Positions 28,100 through 37,895 are shown, numbered from the stretch's first letter. The stretch is 64,000 bases of DNA from an uncultured Mariniphaga sp. (GCA_964408795.1 CAYPAW010000058.1:7018-71017); one strand, 5' to 3'. Program-made: numbers and translations. The notes: generated by a model not told the origin, from the sequence alone.

Positions 28100-29799
28100 T
28101 CAATCCCCGAAATCGAGGTTGAATTTTTTCCGGAGTATTTGCAGATCCGGGTTTTGATCTGCCATAGCCTGGTACTTCTCGTTGTCGGAATAGACAATTG
28201 GTTCTCCTTTTTTTTCTTCAATGCGGGTTGTAATTTGTATGGATGAATTCTTTAATTCCCTCCGCAGGAAAGAAACCAGTCCGGGTTTAATATTTTTGAT
28301 GCTCTCTTCCTGAATCGTATTTTCCAGTTTAATGACAAACCGATTGTCCGGAGTAAATTCCGGAACAGAGACCAAGGCAGCTTTCAGGTTTGGGTTATCC
28401 ATATCTGCCAGAAAAAGATTCCATTTTTCGTTGAACTGTTCTTTCGTGAAAGATTGATTCTGCTCCTGATTTTCGTTTTCTGTCTGGTTGCGGCTATCTT
28501 GCTGGTCTGTTGATTCTTTTTGTCCGGTAAGGGCATCTTTTATGGAGGGGGTTTTCATTTTCGATGAATACTTTCTCGTGGGTTGGGTTTTCTCAGTTCC
28601 CGCAATGGAGGAAACAGGCTCTTTCTTCTTTTCCTGTTTTTGGGTGGTTTTTCTCTTTTCTGAAAAGATGGGTTCCAGGGAATCCGGTTCAACGGCTATT
28701 TTTTTTTTACGGTCAGCTGGGCGATCCGGATGAGAGCAAGTTCAATCAGCAACCGTTTATTCTGACTGGTTTTGTATTTCAGATCGCAGTCGTTGGCTAT
28801 CTGAAGGGCATTCAGGAGAAAATCGCCGTCACAGGAAGCAGCCTGTTGTTTGTATTTTTCTTTAATTTCACCTCCGACTTCCAGCAGCTGAATCGTCACC
28901 GGATCCTTGCACACCAGAAGATCCCGTAAATGAGCAGACAGCCCGGTAATAAAATGGTGTCCTTCGAAGCCCCGGTTGAGGATTTCATTCAATGTGAGCA
29001 AAACCTCCGCAATATTCTGATCCAGGAAATGTCCTACAAGGGAAAAGTAATAGTCATAATCCAGAACATTCAGATTGGTGATTACATCCTTGTAGGTTAC
29101 TTTTCTTCCCGAGAAACTGACGATTTGATCAAAAATGGAAAGAGCATCCCGCATGGCCCCGTCCGCTTTGCGGGCAATCACATTCAATCCCTCCGGTTCA
29201 ATGGATACATTTTCCTTTTCCGCAACATATGCAAGGTGTTGCATGATATCATCCACCCGGATGCGGTTGAAATCAAAAATCTGGCACCGTGATAAGATGG
29301 TTGGGATAATTTTGTGTTTTTCGGTGGTTGCCAGGATAAAAATCGCATGCTTCGGGGGTTCTTCCAGCGTTTTCAGGAAAGCATTAAAAGCAGCCTGCGA
29401 AAGCATATGAACCTCATCAATAATATAGATACTATAGCGTCCGATCTGAGGCGGTATACGCACCTGGTCGTTCAGATTCCGGATGCCGTCTACCGAATTA
29501 TTGGACGCCGCATCCAGCTCATGGATGTTAAAAGAACGGTTGGTATTGAAGGCCCGGCACGATTCGCATTCGTTGCAGGCTTCCCCGTCAGCCGTCAGAT
29601 GGGTACAGTTGATGGTTTTTGCAAAAATACGGGCACATGTGGTTTTGCCAATTCCCCGGGGACCACAAAAAAGATACGCATGGGCCAACTGGTTGGTCCG
29701 GATGGCATTCTTCAACGTCGAGGTGATCGACTCCTGAGCAACGACCGTTTTGAATGAATCCGGCCGGTACTTCCGTGCAGATACAATAAAATTCTCCAT
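28100..29799 (-). CDS. dnaX: DNA polymerase III subunit gamma/tau, reading frame split at an A10 run
   Basis: ATG 29799 (MENFIVSARKYRPDSF...GPRGIGKTTCARIFAK, a clamp-loader AAA+ domain). The 0 frame ends TVKKK-TAG at 28696. The -1 frame is open from the A-run to 28100 and encodes the tau-type C-terminus (...KFNLDFGD). Confidence 0.9.
28696..28710 (-). other. Slippery site: gta aaa aaa aaa tag (A10, 28699-28708) with an immediate 0-frame stop
   Basis: Read directly on the minus strand. Frame arithmetic: the upstream ORF has codon first bases = 0 mod 3, the downstream ORF = 1 mod 3, so the downstream frame is -1. Confidence 0.85.
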
Positions 29800-30038
29800 G
29801 CACAAACAAATTTGACACCCCATGCCGGCAGACTGGTAAAAAAAAAAACCGGATTACCGGATCTTTCCTGTTGTTTTTTTCTATTCCTAAGGTCTTGCTG
29901 ACCGCTACCGGAGCGACTCGCACGACTCCTGAACAAACAGGAACGGGCGTCGTTATTCACGAAAATCAAAGATACATATTTATGCTGTTCCGGTCCAGAA
30001 AACTTATTAACAAAATCCGAACCAGCCATGGATCTCTC

Positions 30039-30374
30039 TTACTTCCCTTTTTTCATGAATTTTTTCCTTTCGGGATGAGTCGGCAGCTTGCCATGAATGT
30101 TGCCCCCCTCCCATTCGGTACGGCGGTATTTTTCAGAAAATTGCATCGTTCGGTCCCTCTCCCGGGATCGACGATCCGTTTGCCGGAATTTTTCCATCGC
30201 ATACAGCGGAATGAAAACAACAAAAAGGACAATAAAAGCAGGAATCATCCATACAATCATGTCTTTTCCAATAAAAAGATGGATAAAAAGGATGATCCCC
30301 AGATAGAGGATTACACCGGGGCCTGAGAGGTACAAAAGAATTTTCTTTATCATAAGCGTTCCAAACACAAACAA
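30039..30374 (-). CDS. Small membrane protein (2 TM, basic C-terminus), hypothetical
   Basis: 111 aa; begins 12 nt after the stop of the YdeP-like gene on the same strand. Confidence 0.5.
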   Translation of the reverse strand: MFVFGTLMIKKILLYLSGPGVILYLGIILFIHLFIGKDMIVWMIPAFIVLFVVFIPLYAMEKFRQTDRRSRERDRTMQFSEKYRRTEWEGGNIHGKLPTHPERKKFMKKGK

Positions 30375-30386
30375 TTAATTCCGATA

Positions 30387-33284
30387 CTAACCACCGGGAT
30401 CCACACATACGCGGATTGATTTAAATGCCGGCGTATAGCTTGCAACGCACATATCATTAATGGAAGTCAGCCAATTGGTCTCCGGGAAATAGGCTGCCAC
30501 ACATCCGTTCCTAATGGGATAAGGAATGGCATAATAGCCCTCCAGTTTCCTCACTTTCCGGTCGTAATTGCTTGTGATGGTAACCATCTGTTCAGGGGCA
30601 ATATTCCGGACATCCATATCTTTCCGGTTCATAAACAGGACCCGCCTTTCCGATTGAATGCCCCGGTACCGGTCATTTAATCCGAATACCGATGTATTAA
30701 ACTGATCATGGCTTCGGATAGTCATTAACAGCAATTCATTCGGTTCAGGATCCACTCTTTCCAGGGGAGCATCGCTGAAGTGCGCTTTCGCATCATGTGT
30801 GTTAAAAATTCTTTTTCGCAAGGGATTCCATAGATAATATCCCTGGGTTGTTGGCTTTTGTTTATCGAGTCCCTTGAATGCAGGGATGGTTTGAGACATT
30901 GCCTGCCGTATATGGTTGTTGTCTTTCCCAAGCCATTGCCAATCGATGCCTTCATGGTTATTGAAGGTAGCTTCAGCCATAGCGGCGATGATCGATACTT
31001 CACTTTTCATAGAGAGAGAGCCCGGTGGAAAGCATCCCTGTGTGAAACCTATTTTTGCCATGGCATCTTCGACTGTACCATACTGTCTGACTCCTTCCCG
31101 GATATCCTCATCCGACCGTGACAGGCATGGCAGGATGAGGGCTCTTTTTCCTGTTACCAGGTGACTTCTGTTCAGTTTAGTAGATATCATTACCGTCAGA
31201 CAGCATTTTTGCAGGGCTTTCTCTACATAGGCAGTGTCCGGCACTGCTGAAGCGAGGTTCCCTCCCAGTGAGATCAACACCCTGATTTTTCCTTCTGCCA
31301 TTGATTGAATAGCGGGAATAACGCTCATTCCTGGCTTTCGTGGTGCTTTCATGGGAAATATTTTTTCAAGCGAATCCAAAAAGGTAGCCGGCATATTTTC
31401 TCCGACACCGGCTGTTCGTATTCCCTGGATATTGCTATGCCCTCTCACGGGTAATACGCCGGCTCCCGGACGTCCGAGATTCCCTTTTAACAGCATCAGA
31501 TTGACAATCTCCCGGATGGTAACCATGGAGTTCCGATGGTGGGTTATGCCCAGGCACCAACACGAAATGGTTTTGTCTGCCTCCATATAGAGATCCGCTG
31601 TTTCCAGAATCTGGCTTTTCTTAATGCCGCTGGCTTGAACGATCCGTTCCCAGGAAGTGGCCATCACACAATCCCGGTAAGCCTTAAAACCAACGGTATA
31701 TTTTTCAATGAATGCCCCATCAAGAACTCCTCCTTCTTCCTCTTCTTTCTCCAACATGGCTTTCACCATACCTCGGATAAGTGCCATATCACCATTAATC
31801 CTGGGTTGCAAACAGAGATGGGCCAGTTTGTTTTGTTTTCCAAGGTAGGAAACTGCTTCCTGGGGGTCGGCAAATCCCAACAAACTTGCTTCAGGCATCG
31901 GATTCACAGCCACTATTTTGCATCCCCTGCGGACAGCCGGCAGCAAAGTGCTCAGCATACGGGGGTGGTTCGATCCCGGATTGTGACCCAAAAGGAATAT
32001 AAGATCCGTTTTGGAGAAATCCTCCAGAGACACACTGCTTTTACCAAAACCCAGACCTTCTGTGAGTGCTTTCCCGGAAGGTTCATGACATATATTGGCG
32101 CTGTTGGGAAGATTATTGGTGCCCAGGGTACGGGCAAACAATTGATAAAGAAAACCTGCTTCGTTGGAGGTTCTTCCGGAAGCATAAAAAACCGCTTCAT
32201 CGGGATGGTTAAGTGACGTTAGTTCATCCGCAATCATACGATAGGCCTCATTCCATTCAATGGGCTTGTAGTGAGATGCATCTTCCTCCAGCAGCATGGG
32301 TTCAGTCAAACGTCCCTGCTGCTCAAGCCAATAACCGGAGGTAAGCAGAAGCTCCGGTACAGACCATTTCGTAAAAAAATCAGACGATATCATTCGTGTG
32401 GTTGCCTCGGCACTGACATTCTTGGCACCATTTTCACAAAACTCAAAACGGGAACGATGCTTATCCGGATTGGGCCAGGCACACCCCGGACATTCAAATC
32501 CTTTCAACTGATTGAGGTGGCCGATAATTTTCCGGCTCTTTTTCATCCCTGTCTCTTTATAAAGAAAGTTTAAGGAGGTTAATACAGCATCTATACCACC
32601 GGCAAACGTTTTGGGCTGATCATGACTTAATCCGATCAGTGACGTTACATCCTTTTCCAGATCAGCTGTTTCCAGCAAATGCACCGAACGGATGATCTCC
32701 CTGCCCAACGACTCCATCCCTGCCAGCCAGGCAATCTTCTCTTTAAAAGAGTCTATTTCGTCGGGGTTTAAAATATATTTTGTCAAACCACTTGCTTCAA
32801 TCAGACTGATCAAAGGCGGGATCTGATACTCGGGAATTTCATCCTGGAGAATGGTATCCCTGATTTGTTTATGTATCGCAACAACATGAGATACATCGGG
32901 TAGAATAAACTCTTGTTTCCGGGTGTTAGCAATGATGCTTTGCTTTTTCCGGGTTAAGAATCCCTTTTTCATCAACGAATCAAAAACCATCCGGGAGAGT
33001 GTTTCTCCGTGAGCTGCTACCAACTCAACAGCTCTTGTTAAAGGAATCGGCCTTTCGATAATACCCAAACACCCTATGGTTTCATCCAGGGCAGGAAGTC
33101 CTGTTTCATCCATTTTTAAGACGGTCAGATTTTCCCAGTCATCATTGATCAGCCCCCTGAAAGAAGCATCAAAAAGCAGTGCACCGGCCAATGTGAGATT
33201 CAATATCTTCTCCGGTACCGGAAAATAACGGCCGGTTACCGGGTCAATCAGCAAAAGAAATAACTGTTCCGAATAGGTTCTCAT
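30387..33284 (-). CDS. FdhF/YdeP-family molybdopterin oxidoreductase with an N-terminal GPP34 (GOLPH3-like) domain
   Basis: Start MRTYSEQ (ATG 33284). The N-terminal ~215 aa (YSEQLFLLLIDPVTGRYF...LTLAGALLFDASFRGLI) have the GPP34 pattern. The rest matches YdeP-type enzymes (GFECPGCAWPNPD, FCENGAKNVSAEAT, molybdopterin-binding regions). Confidence 0.75.
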   Translation of the reverse strand: MRTYSEQLFLLLIDPVTGRYFPVPEKILNLTLAGALLFDASFRGLINDDWENLTVLKMDETGLPALDETIGCLGIIERPIPLTRAVELVAAHGETLSRMVFDSLMKKGFLTRKKQSIIANTRKQEFILPDVSHVVAIHKQIRDTILQDEIPEYQIPPLISLIEASGLTKYILNPDEIDSFKEKIAWLAGMESLGREIIRSVHLLETADLEKDVTSLIGLSHDQPKTFAGGIDAVLTSLNFLYKETGMKKSRKIIGHLNQLKGFECPGCAWPNPDKHRSRFEFCENGAKNVSAEATTRMISSDFFTKWSVPELLLTSGYWLEQQGRLTEPMLLEEDASHYKPIEWNEAYRMIADELTSLNHPDEAVFYASGRTSNEAGFLYQLFARTLGTNNLPNSANICHEPSGKALTEGLGFGKSSVSLEDFSKTDLIFLLGHNPGSNHPRMLSTLLPAVRRGCKIVAVNPMPEASLLGFADPQEAVSYLGKQNKLAHLCLQPRINGDMALIRGMVKAMLEKEEEEGGVLDGAFIEKYTVGFKAYRDCVMATSWERIVQASGIKKSQILETADLYMEADKTISCWCLGITHHRNSMVTIREIVNLMLLKGNLGRPGAGVLPVRGHSNIQGIRTAGVGENMPATFLDSLEKIFPMKAPRKPGMSVIPAIQSMAEGKIRVLISLGGNLASAVPDTAYVEKALQKCCLTVMISTKLNRSHLVTGKRALILPCLSRSDEDIREGVRQYGTVEDAMAKIGFTQGCFPPGSLSMKSEVSIIAAMAEATFNNHEGIDWQWLGKDNNHIRQAMSQTIPAFKGLDKQKPTTQGYYLWNPLRKRIFNTHDAKAHFSDAPLERVDPEPNELLLMTIRSHDQFNTSVFGLNDRYRGIQSERRVLFMNRKDMDVRNIAPEQMVTITSNYDRKVRKLEGYYAIPYPIRNGCVAAYFPETNWLTSINDMCVASYTPAFKSIRVCVDPGG

Positions 33285-33400
33285 GCATTGATCGTTTATG
33301 TAAATATACAAGAAAAGAAACGAACATTAACAACTTTTTCATCGGGCTGCTTCTTTTTTCTATATATTCGGATTGCCTTAAAAGGCAGAATTTAAAAAGC

Positions 33401-33988
33401 ATGTACTCAGAACCTGTTACCGGAATAATCTTAAGCGGAGGGAAAAGCAGCCGTTTCGGAGTCGACAAGGCATTGTACCTATATCATGAAAAACGAATGG
33501 TCGATTATGCCCTTGAGGTAGTGCAACCTTTCTGTGATGAATTGATTGTAAGTACGAACAAAAGGGGGCATAGCCTCTTTGCAGGAATCCGTAATGTACC
33601 GGATATTTATTCCGATTGTGGCCCCCTGGGAGGGATTCATGCCGGGTTACTGCAATCAGAAAATGAGCACAATCTGATTGTAGGCTGTGATTTACCCTGT
33701 CTGCACCCTGATTTGTTCAGGGCTTTGATAAATCATAAACAGGGCTATCAGGTTGTGATTCCCATGCACCAGGAATTCAAAGAACCCATGGCCAGTTATT
33801 TTCATAAAAGTACCCTCCCGGTCATCGAAGATGCCCTGAAACAAAAAAACGTAAGAATCCTGGATGTGATCCCGCTGCTACATACCCGTTTTCTGAATGT
33901 TGAAAAAATGCCCTTTTATTCATCGAAATTATTTACCAACATCAATTCCCTCAGGGATATTGATGAACCAAAACTGCCAGGAAAATGA
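33401..33988 (+). CDS. mobA: Molybdenum cofactor guanylyltransferase
   Basis: GIILSGGKSSRFGVDKAL, CGPLGGIHAGL, DLPCL motifs. Confidence 0.85.
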   Translation: MYSEPVTGIILSGGKSSRFGVDKALYLYHEKRMVDYALEVVQPFCDELIVSTNKRGHSLFAGIRNVPDIYSDCGPLGGIHAGLLQSENEHNLIVGCDLPCLHPDLFRALINHKQGYQVVIPMHQEFKEPMASYFHKSTLPVIEDALKQKNVRILDVIPLLHTRFLNVEKMPFYSSKLFTNINSLRDIDEPKLPGK

Positions 33989-35721
33989 TCTCTGTTGTAC
34001 CCCAAAAACCTTTATCAGAAAAATGGATGAAAGCGGCTGTTGTGGGAAGTCTATGGGCTGTGGTAGAGATTGTGCTGGGCAGCCTGCTTCATAATGTAAA
34101 GATCCCGCTTGCAGGAAGCATTCTTTCGTTTATTACCGTTTTCCTTGTAATTGCTTTTTTCCAACTCTGGAAAGTAAATGGGATGATCTGGAGAGCAGGT
34201 GTTATTTGCGCTCTTATGAAATCACTCTCTCCAAGTACGATCATTCTTGGGCCGATGTTTGGTATTTTATCTGAAGCACTGATTCTGGAGATACTAATAC
34301 GTTGTTTTGGGAAAAATTTTTTTTCTTATACCCTGGGAGGCGCACTGGCTGTTTTCAGTGCCCTGATCCAAAAGGCATTAACACTTTTAGTTCTGTATGG
34401 TTGGGATTTCGTAGACTTGCTGGAAAACATGGTTCTCTTTGCCGTCAGGCAACTTCATATAGAAGCGCTTCAACCTTCCCTGCTTCTGTTTATCCTTTCC
34501 GGAATTTATTTGACAGCCGGTGCCATGGCAGGACTTCTGGGGTCGATATCGGGTAAGAACTACCTGAAAAGCAAAAAATACAAACCAACAAATCTGTCTA
34601 TAAAAAAACCTTCACAGAGTGTTTTATTCAACCATTCAGAGAAAGAGAATCACTCGTTGTTGCTTCTGCTGCTCCTTCTTGTATTCCTTATAGGTGGTAT
34701 GGTTTTAATACACCGGGCCAATCTCTTGTATTCGGCTTTGTATTCACTTACATTCATTGTATTTACAGCATTACGGTATGCACAATATATGCGTTTTCTA
34801 AAAAAACCTGCCCTATGGCTTCAGCTTATATTCCTCCTTTTCTTTTCGGCATTCTTTTATCAGGGATTCACAATAAACGGTCTACTGCATCGTGAAGGGT
34901 GGATATTGGGTTTAAAAATAATCTTCAGGGCCTTGTTACTGCTTACAGCATTTTCAGCCATCAGCCGGGAACTGAAAAATCCAGTCGTTAAGAACATTCT
35001 CTATCTCAGAGGTCTTCAAAACCTGTACAAGTCCCTGGATTTGGCTTTTTCAAGCCTTCCCGGGCTTATGGAGGCATTCTCAACACAACCCCTGAGGCTC
35101 ACCGGCTTTTATAGATTCACCCATACGATGCTTAACAGTTCCCGTTCCCTGTTCGATGAATTCAAACGCATGGATAAAAACAAGCCAACGGTTTTCGTAA
35201 TTTCCGGAAAGGTCCATGCCGGAAAAAGTTCGGTCACCAAAGAAGTGGTTTCTCAGCTCATGGATCATAACCTGAACATTCGCGGATTCATTACAGAACC
35301 TGTTATTCATGATGATGGACTCAGAAGTTATTTCATAAAAGACATTTCTTCCGGTACCCGGGAGATCCTTTGTTCACAAACATACTCTCCCGGAAGCATC
35401 AAAACCGGACGTTTCTTCTTTTCAGAGAAAGGTCTGCTCCGGGGGCGTCAGATTCTGAAAAAGACCGTCGGGGAACCAACCGACATGGTAGTAGTTGATG
35501 AAATAGGCCCCCTGGAAATGAAAGACGGAGGGTGGGCACCTGCTTTAATACCGTTGATAAGAGCTACCCAAACACCCCAGCTTTGGACCGTAAGGGAACA
35601 ATTGATAAACGTTGCCCTGAAGAAATGGGATATCGGGCAAGTTACTGTCTTTACTGTCCCCACCCACACCTCACAGGATATTGTGAAATATATACTGGGT
35701 CACTTGGCAGAAAAGGAGTAA
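33985..35721 (+). CDS. Fusion protein: polytopic membrane domain (~380 aa) plus C-terminal P-loop NTPase (THEP1/DUF2478-like)
   Basis: ATGA overlap with the mobA stop; about 10 hydrophobic helices; then Walker A VISGKVHAGKSSV and Walker B MVVVDEIGPLE. Confidence 0.65.
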   Translation: MISVVPQKPLSEKWMKAAVVGSLWAVVEIVLGSLLHNVKIPLAGSILSFITVFLVIAFFQLWKVNGMIWRAGVICALMKSLSPSTIILGPMFGILSEALILEILIRCFGKNFFSYTLGGALAVFSALIQKALTLLVLYGWDFVDLLENMVLFAVRQLHIEALQPSLLLFILSGIYLTAGAMAGLLGSISGKNYLKSKKYKPTNLSIKKPSQSVLFNHSEKENHSLLLLLLLLVFLIGGMVLIHRANLLYSALYSLTFIVFTALRYAQYMRFLKKPALWLQLIFLLFFSAFFYQGFTINGLLHREGWILGLKIIFRALLLLTAFSAISRELKNPVVKNILYLRGLQNLYKSLDLAFSSLPGLMEAFSTQPLRLTGFYRFTHTMLNSSRSLFDEFKRMDKNKPTVFVISGKVHAGKSSVTKEVVSQLMDHNLNIRGFITEPVIHDDGLRSYFIKDISSGTREILCSQTYSPGSIKTGRFFFSEKGLLRGRQILKKTVGEPTDMVVVDEIGPLEMKDGGWAPALIPLIRATQTPQLWTVREQLINVALKKWDIGQVTVFTVPTHTSQDIVKYILGHLAEKE

Positions 35722-35845
35722 TGCAGAAATAATGCCTACGGATGTTGGCAGGTATCGGTGGAGGGTAAGAGAAAGGTTGAAGCTAAGTATGGGAGAGATT
35801 TTCCGATAAAACGGGACTGCTCTTGCGTCGCAGGAGGGTTGGTTA

Positions 35846-37147
35846 TCAGGCGCTGTTCAGGGCTTTTTTGTAGGTTTGAATAGCTCGTTGTCTGGCAAAG
35901 GCAAGATCCACCACGGGAGACGGGTAATCCGGAGTATCCAGTTCAGGAATCCATTTGCGGATATACTGTTGTTTACCATCGAATTTTTTCTGCTGACTCA
36001 GGGGGTTGAAAACGCGAAAATAGGGTACGGCATCGCATCCGGTACCGGCAGCCCATTGCCAGTTGCCGTTATTGGAAGCCAGCTCATAATCAAGGAGTTT
36101 CTCAGCAAAATAGGCTTCTCCCCACCGCCAGTCGATCAGCAGGTGTTTGACCAGGAATCCGGCAACGACCATCCGCACCCGGTTGTGCATAAATCCGGTA
36201 TGATTCAGTTCGCGCATCCCGGCATCCACCAACGGATAGCCGGTAGCTCCCCGGCACCAGCGTGCAAACTCCGGTTCGTTGTTGCGCCACTCAATAAAAG
36301 CATAGGGTTTCTTAAAGGGTTCTGATTTCACCCGGGGATAATGCCACAGAATATCGGCAAAAAAGTTCCTCCATATCAGTTCATTGAAAAACACCTCCGA
36401 CAGGTCAGCAGCCACCCGGGTTAGCTCACGGATGGAAATCGTTCCGAAACGGAGGTGAACCCCCAGGCGGGTGGTTCCTTCCAGGGCCGGAAAATCCCGG
36501 CTATCCGCGTACCGACGAATCCGCTCTCTATCAATCTCCGGAGAAGGAACTTCTGTTCCCGGACCGGAAAAACCAAGACGCTCCAAAGAAGGCATTTCAA
36601 AAGGCGGACATTGGTAAAAATTCCCCTTTAAAGATTCAGAATCAAAGGGGGTTGTATTCTTATCAGAATATTTCTGCTTCCACTTTTTGCTATAGGGGGT
36701 AAATACCTGATAGGGGGAACCATCCTCTTTTGTGATTTCTGATTTCTCAAAAATCAGGTGATCCTTAAAAGTCCGGAATCCGATATTTTTTGCCTTGAAC
36801 AGGAATTCCAATTTTTTATCCCGGGAACGTGCATAGGGTTCATAATCATGGTTGGCAAACACCTCCTGCACCGGATATTCATCCGTTAAAGAGCGGAAAA
36901 TTTCCAGGGGTTCTCCAAAGCAAACTCTCAGGGACGAACCTCTTTTTTCGAGTTGCTTTTTCAATGATTCGATCGTTTGATATAAAAAAGGAAGGCGGTT
37001 ATCACCGGATGGTAATGTATTCAGAATGCCGGTATCAAAAACAAAAACCGGCAATACAGGAAAGCCATTCCGCAGGGCATGGTATAACCCGGTGTTATCG
37101 TTCAGCCGCAGGTCCCTGCGAAACCAAAAGAGTACAATTTTATGCAT
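35846..37147 (-). CDS. Deoxyribodipyrimidine photolyase / cryptochrome family protein
   Basis: VLFWFRRDLRLNDNTGL N-terminus; FAD-binding C-terminus (TGYPLVDAGMRELNHTGFMHNRVRM...NNGNWQWAAGTG). Confidence 0.9.
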   Translation of the reverse strand: MHKIVLFWFRRDLRLNDNTGLYHALRNGFPVLPVFVFDTGILNTLPSGDNRLPFLYQTIESLKKQLEKRGSSLRVCFGEPLEIFRSLTDEYPVQEVFANHDYEPYARSRDKKLEFLFKAKNIGFRTFKDHLIFEKSEITKEDGSPYQVFTPYSKKWKQKYSDKNTTPFDSESLKGNFYQCPPFEMPSLERLGFSGPGTEVPSPEIDRERIRRYADSRDFPALEGTTRLGVHLRFGTISIRELTRVAADLSEVFFNELIWRNFFADILWHYPRVKSEPFKKPYAFIEWRNNEPEFARWCRGATGYPLVDAGMRELNHTGFMHNRVRMVVAGFLVKHLLIDWRWGEAYFAEKLLDYELASNNGNWQWAAGTGCDAVPYFRVFNPLSQQKKFDGKQQYIRKWIPELDTPDYPSPVVDLAFARQRAIQTYKKALNSA

Positions 37148-37151
37148 AGGT

Positions 37152-37787
37152 TTATGATGCTACAGTTGCATGGGCAGATGCAATGATCCTCCGTAAGGCA
37201 AGGGTTATGGGACAGTCTGTTTGCATTCGTTTCAAATGCCGGGAAGCATTTTTCCTTTGCTGCCTGTCAGAAAACAAACGGGGCAATATCCCGGCAGGGA
37301 TAAGCATCCCAAGCAGAAACTTCTCTATGTCCTCCCGGTGGCTTTTGAAGATGCTGTTTCTTACCTTATCTGCCATGTTACGAACATACACGGTATCTTC
37401 CAAACAGGGCACCTTCCACGTAAAAAACAGAAATTTCCGTTGTTCAACCCGGACCAGCCTCTTATGCATCAGCCTTTCAACCAGTTCCTTTTTTATGTAA
37501 CTCAATGAATAATAAAGCCGGTTGAACCAACGGGTTATTTTTAGCGGATCATCAAATTTCCTGAACTTTGATAAAACAAATGCAAACAAGGGATCGTTGT
37601 TTGCAAACGAAACAATTTCAACCCGGTTTTTTGCAATTTTTATATTGCCCTGATATTCCAGCTCTTTCAATATCGTTGCGATGAGAGAATACTGACCCGG
37701 AGAGGAAGCCTCTCCTATTCGTCCTCCTTTGTTGGGTCGTATGCTCAGCAGATAGAGTTTTTCAGGAAGCAATAACTCCTTTTCCAT
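37152..37787 (-). CDS. GPP34 (GOLPH3/VPS74-like) family protein
   Basis: 211 aa; LPEKLYLLSIRPNKGGRIG...LIATILKELEYQGNIKI pattern; stop lies 4 nt before the photolyase start. Confidence 0.6.
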   Translation of the reverse strand: MEKELLLPEKLYLLSIRPNKGGRIGEASSPGQYSLIATILKELEYQGNIKIAKNRVEIVSFANNDPLFAFVLSKFRKFDDPLKITRWFNRLYYSLSYIKKELVERLMHKRLVRVEQRKFLFFTWKVPCLEDTVYVRNMADKVRNSIFKSHREDIEKFLLGMLIPAGILPRLFSDRQQRKNASRHLKRMQTDCPITLALRRIIASAHATVAS

Positions 37788-37895
37788 TTTTATTCCTTAG
37801 TGGATTTTCTTACTTTAATGCGGATTATTTCTACATTTATGCATCGTTCCGATTAAGGACCATAAGGTACAAATATTTTAATTAAAACCATACAA

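Noticed and set aside
29800-30038. SRP (4.5S) RNA upstream of dnaX, as in Bacillus, or near ffh (45527-45847)
   Set aside because: I looked on both strands for the conserved domain IV core (GGAA tetraloop followed by GGAAGCAGC-type strand) and did not find it in either spacer.
31961-31980. tRNA T-arm-like string ggttcgatccc
   Set aside because: It lies inside the conserved YdeP-like coding region on the opposite strand, and no acceptor, D or anticodon arms can be built around it. I found no tRNA genes anywhere in the window.
33374-33387. Small palindrome tgcctt-aa-aaggca and a TATATA tract between the YdeP-like gene and mobA, as a ModE-type operator
   Set aside because: Only one TATATA half-site is present and the palindrome does not match the ModE consensus as I remember it. 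The evidence is too weak to call.
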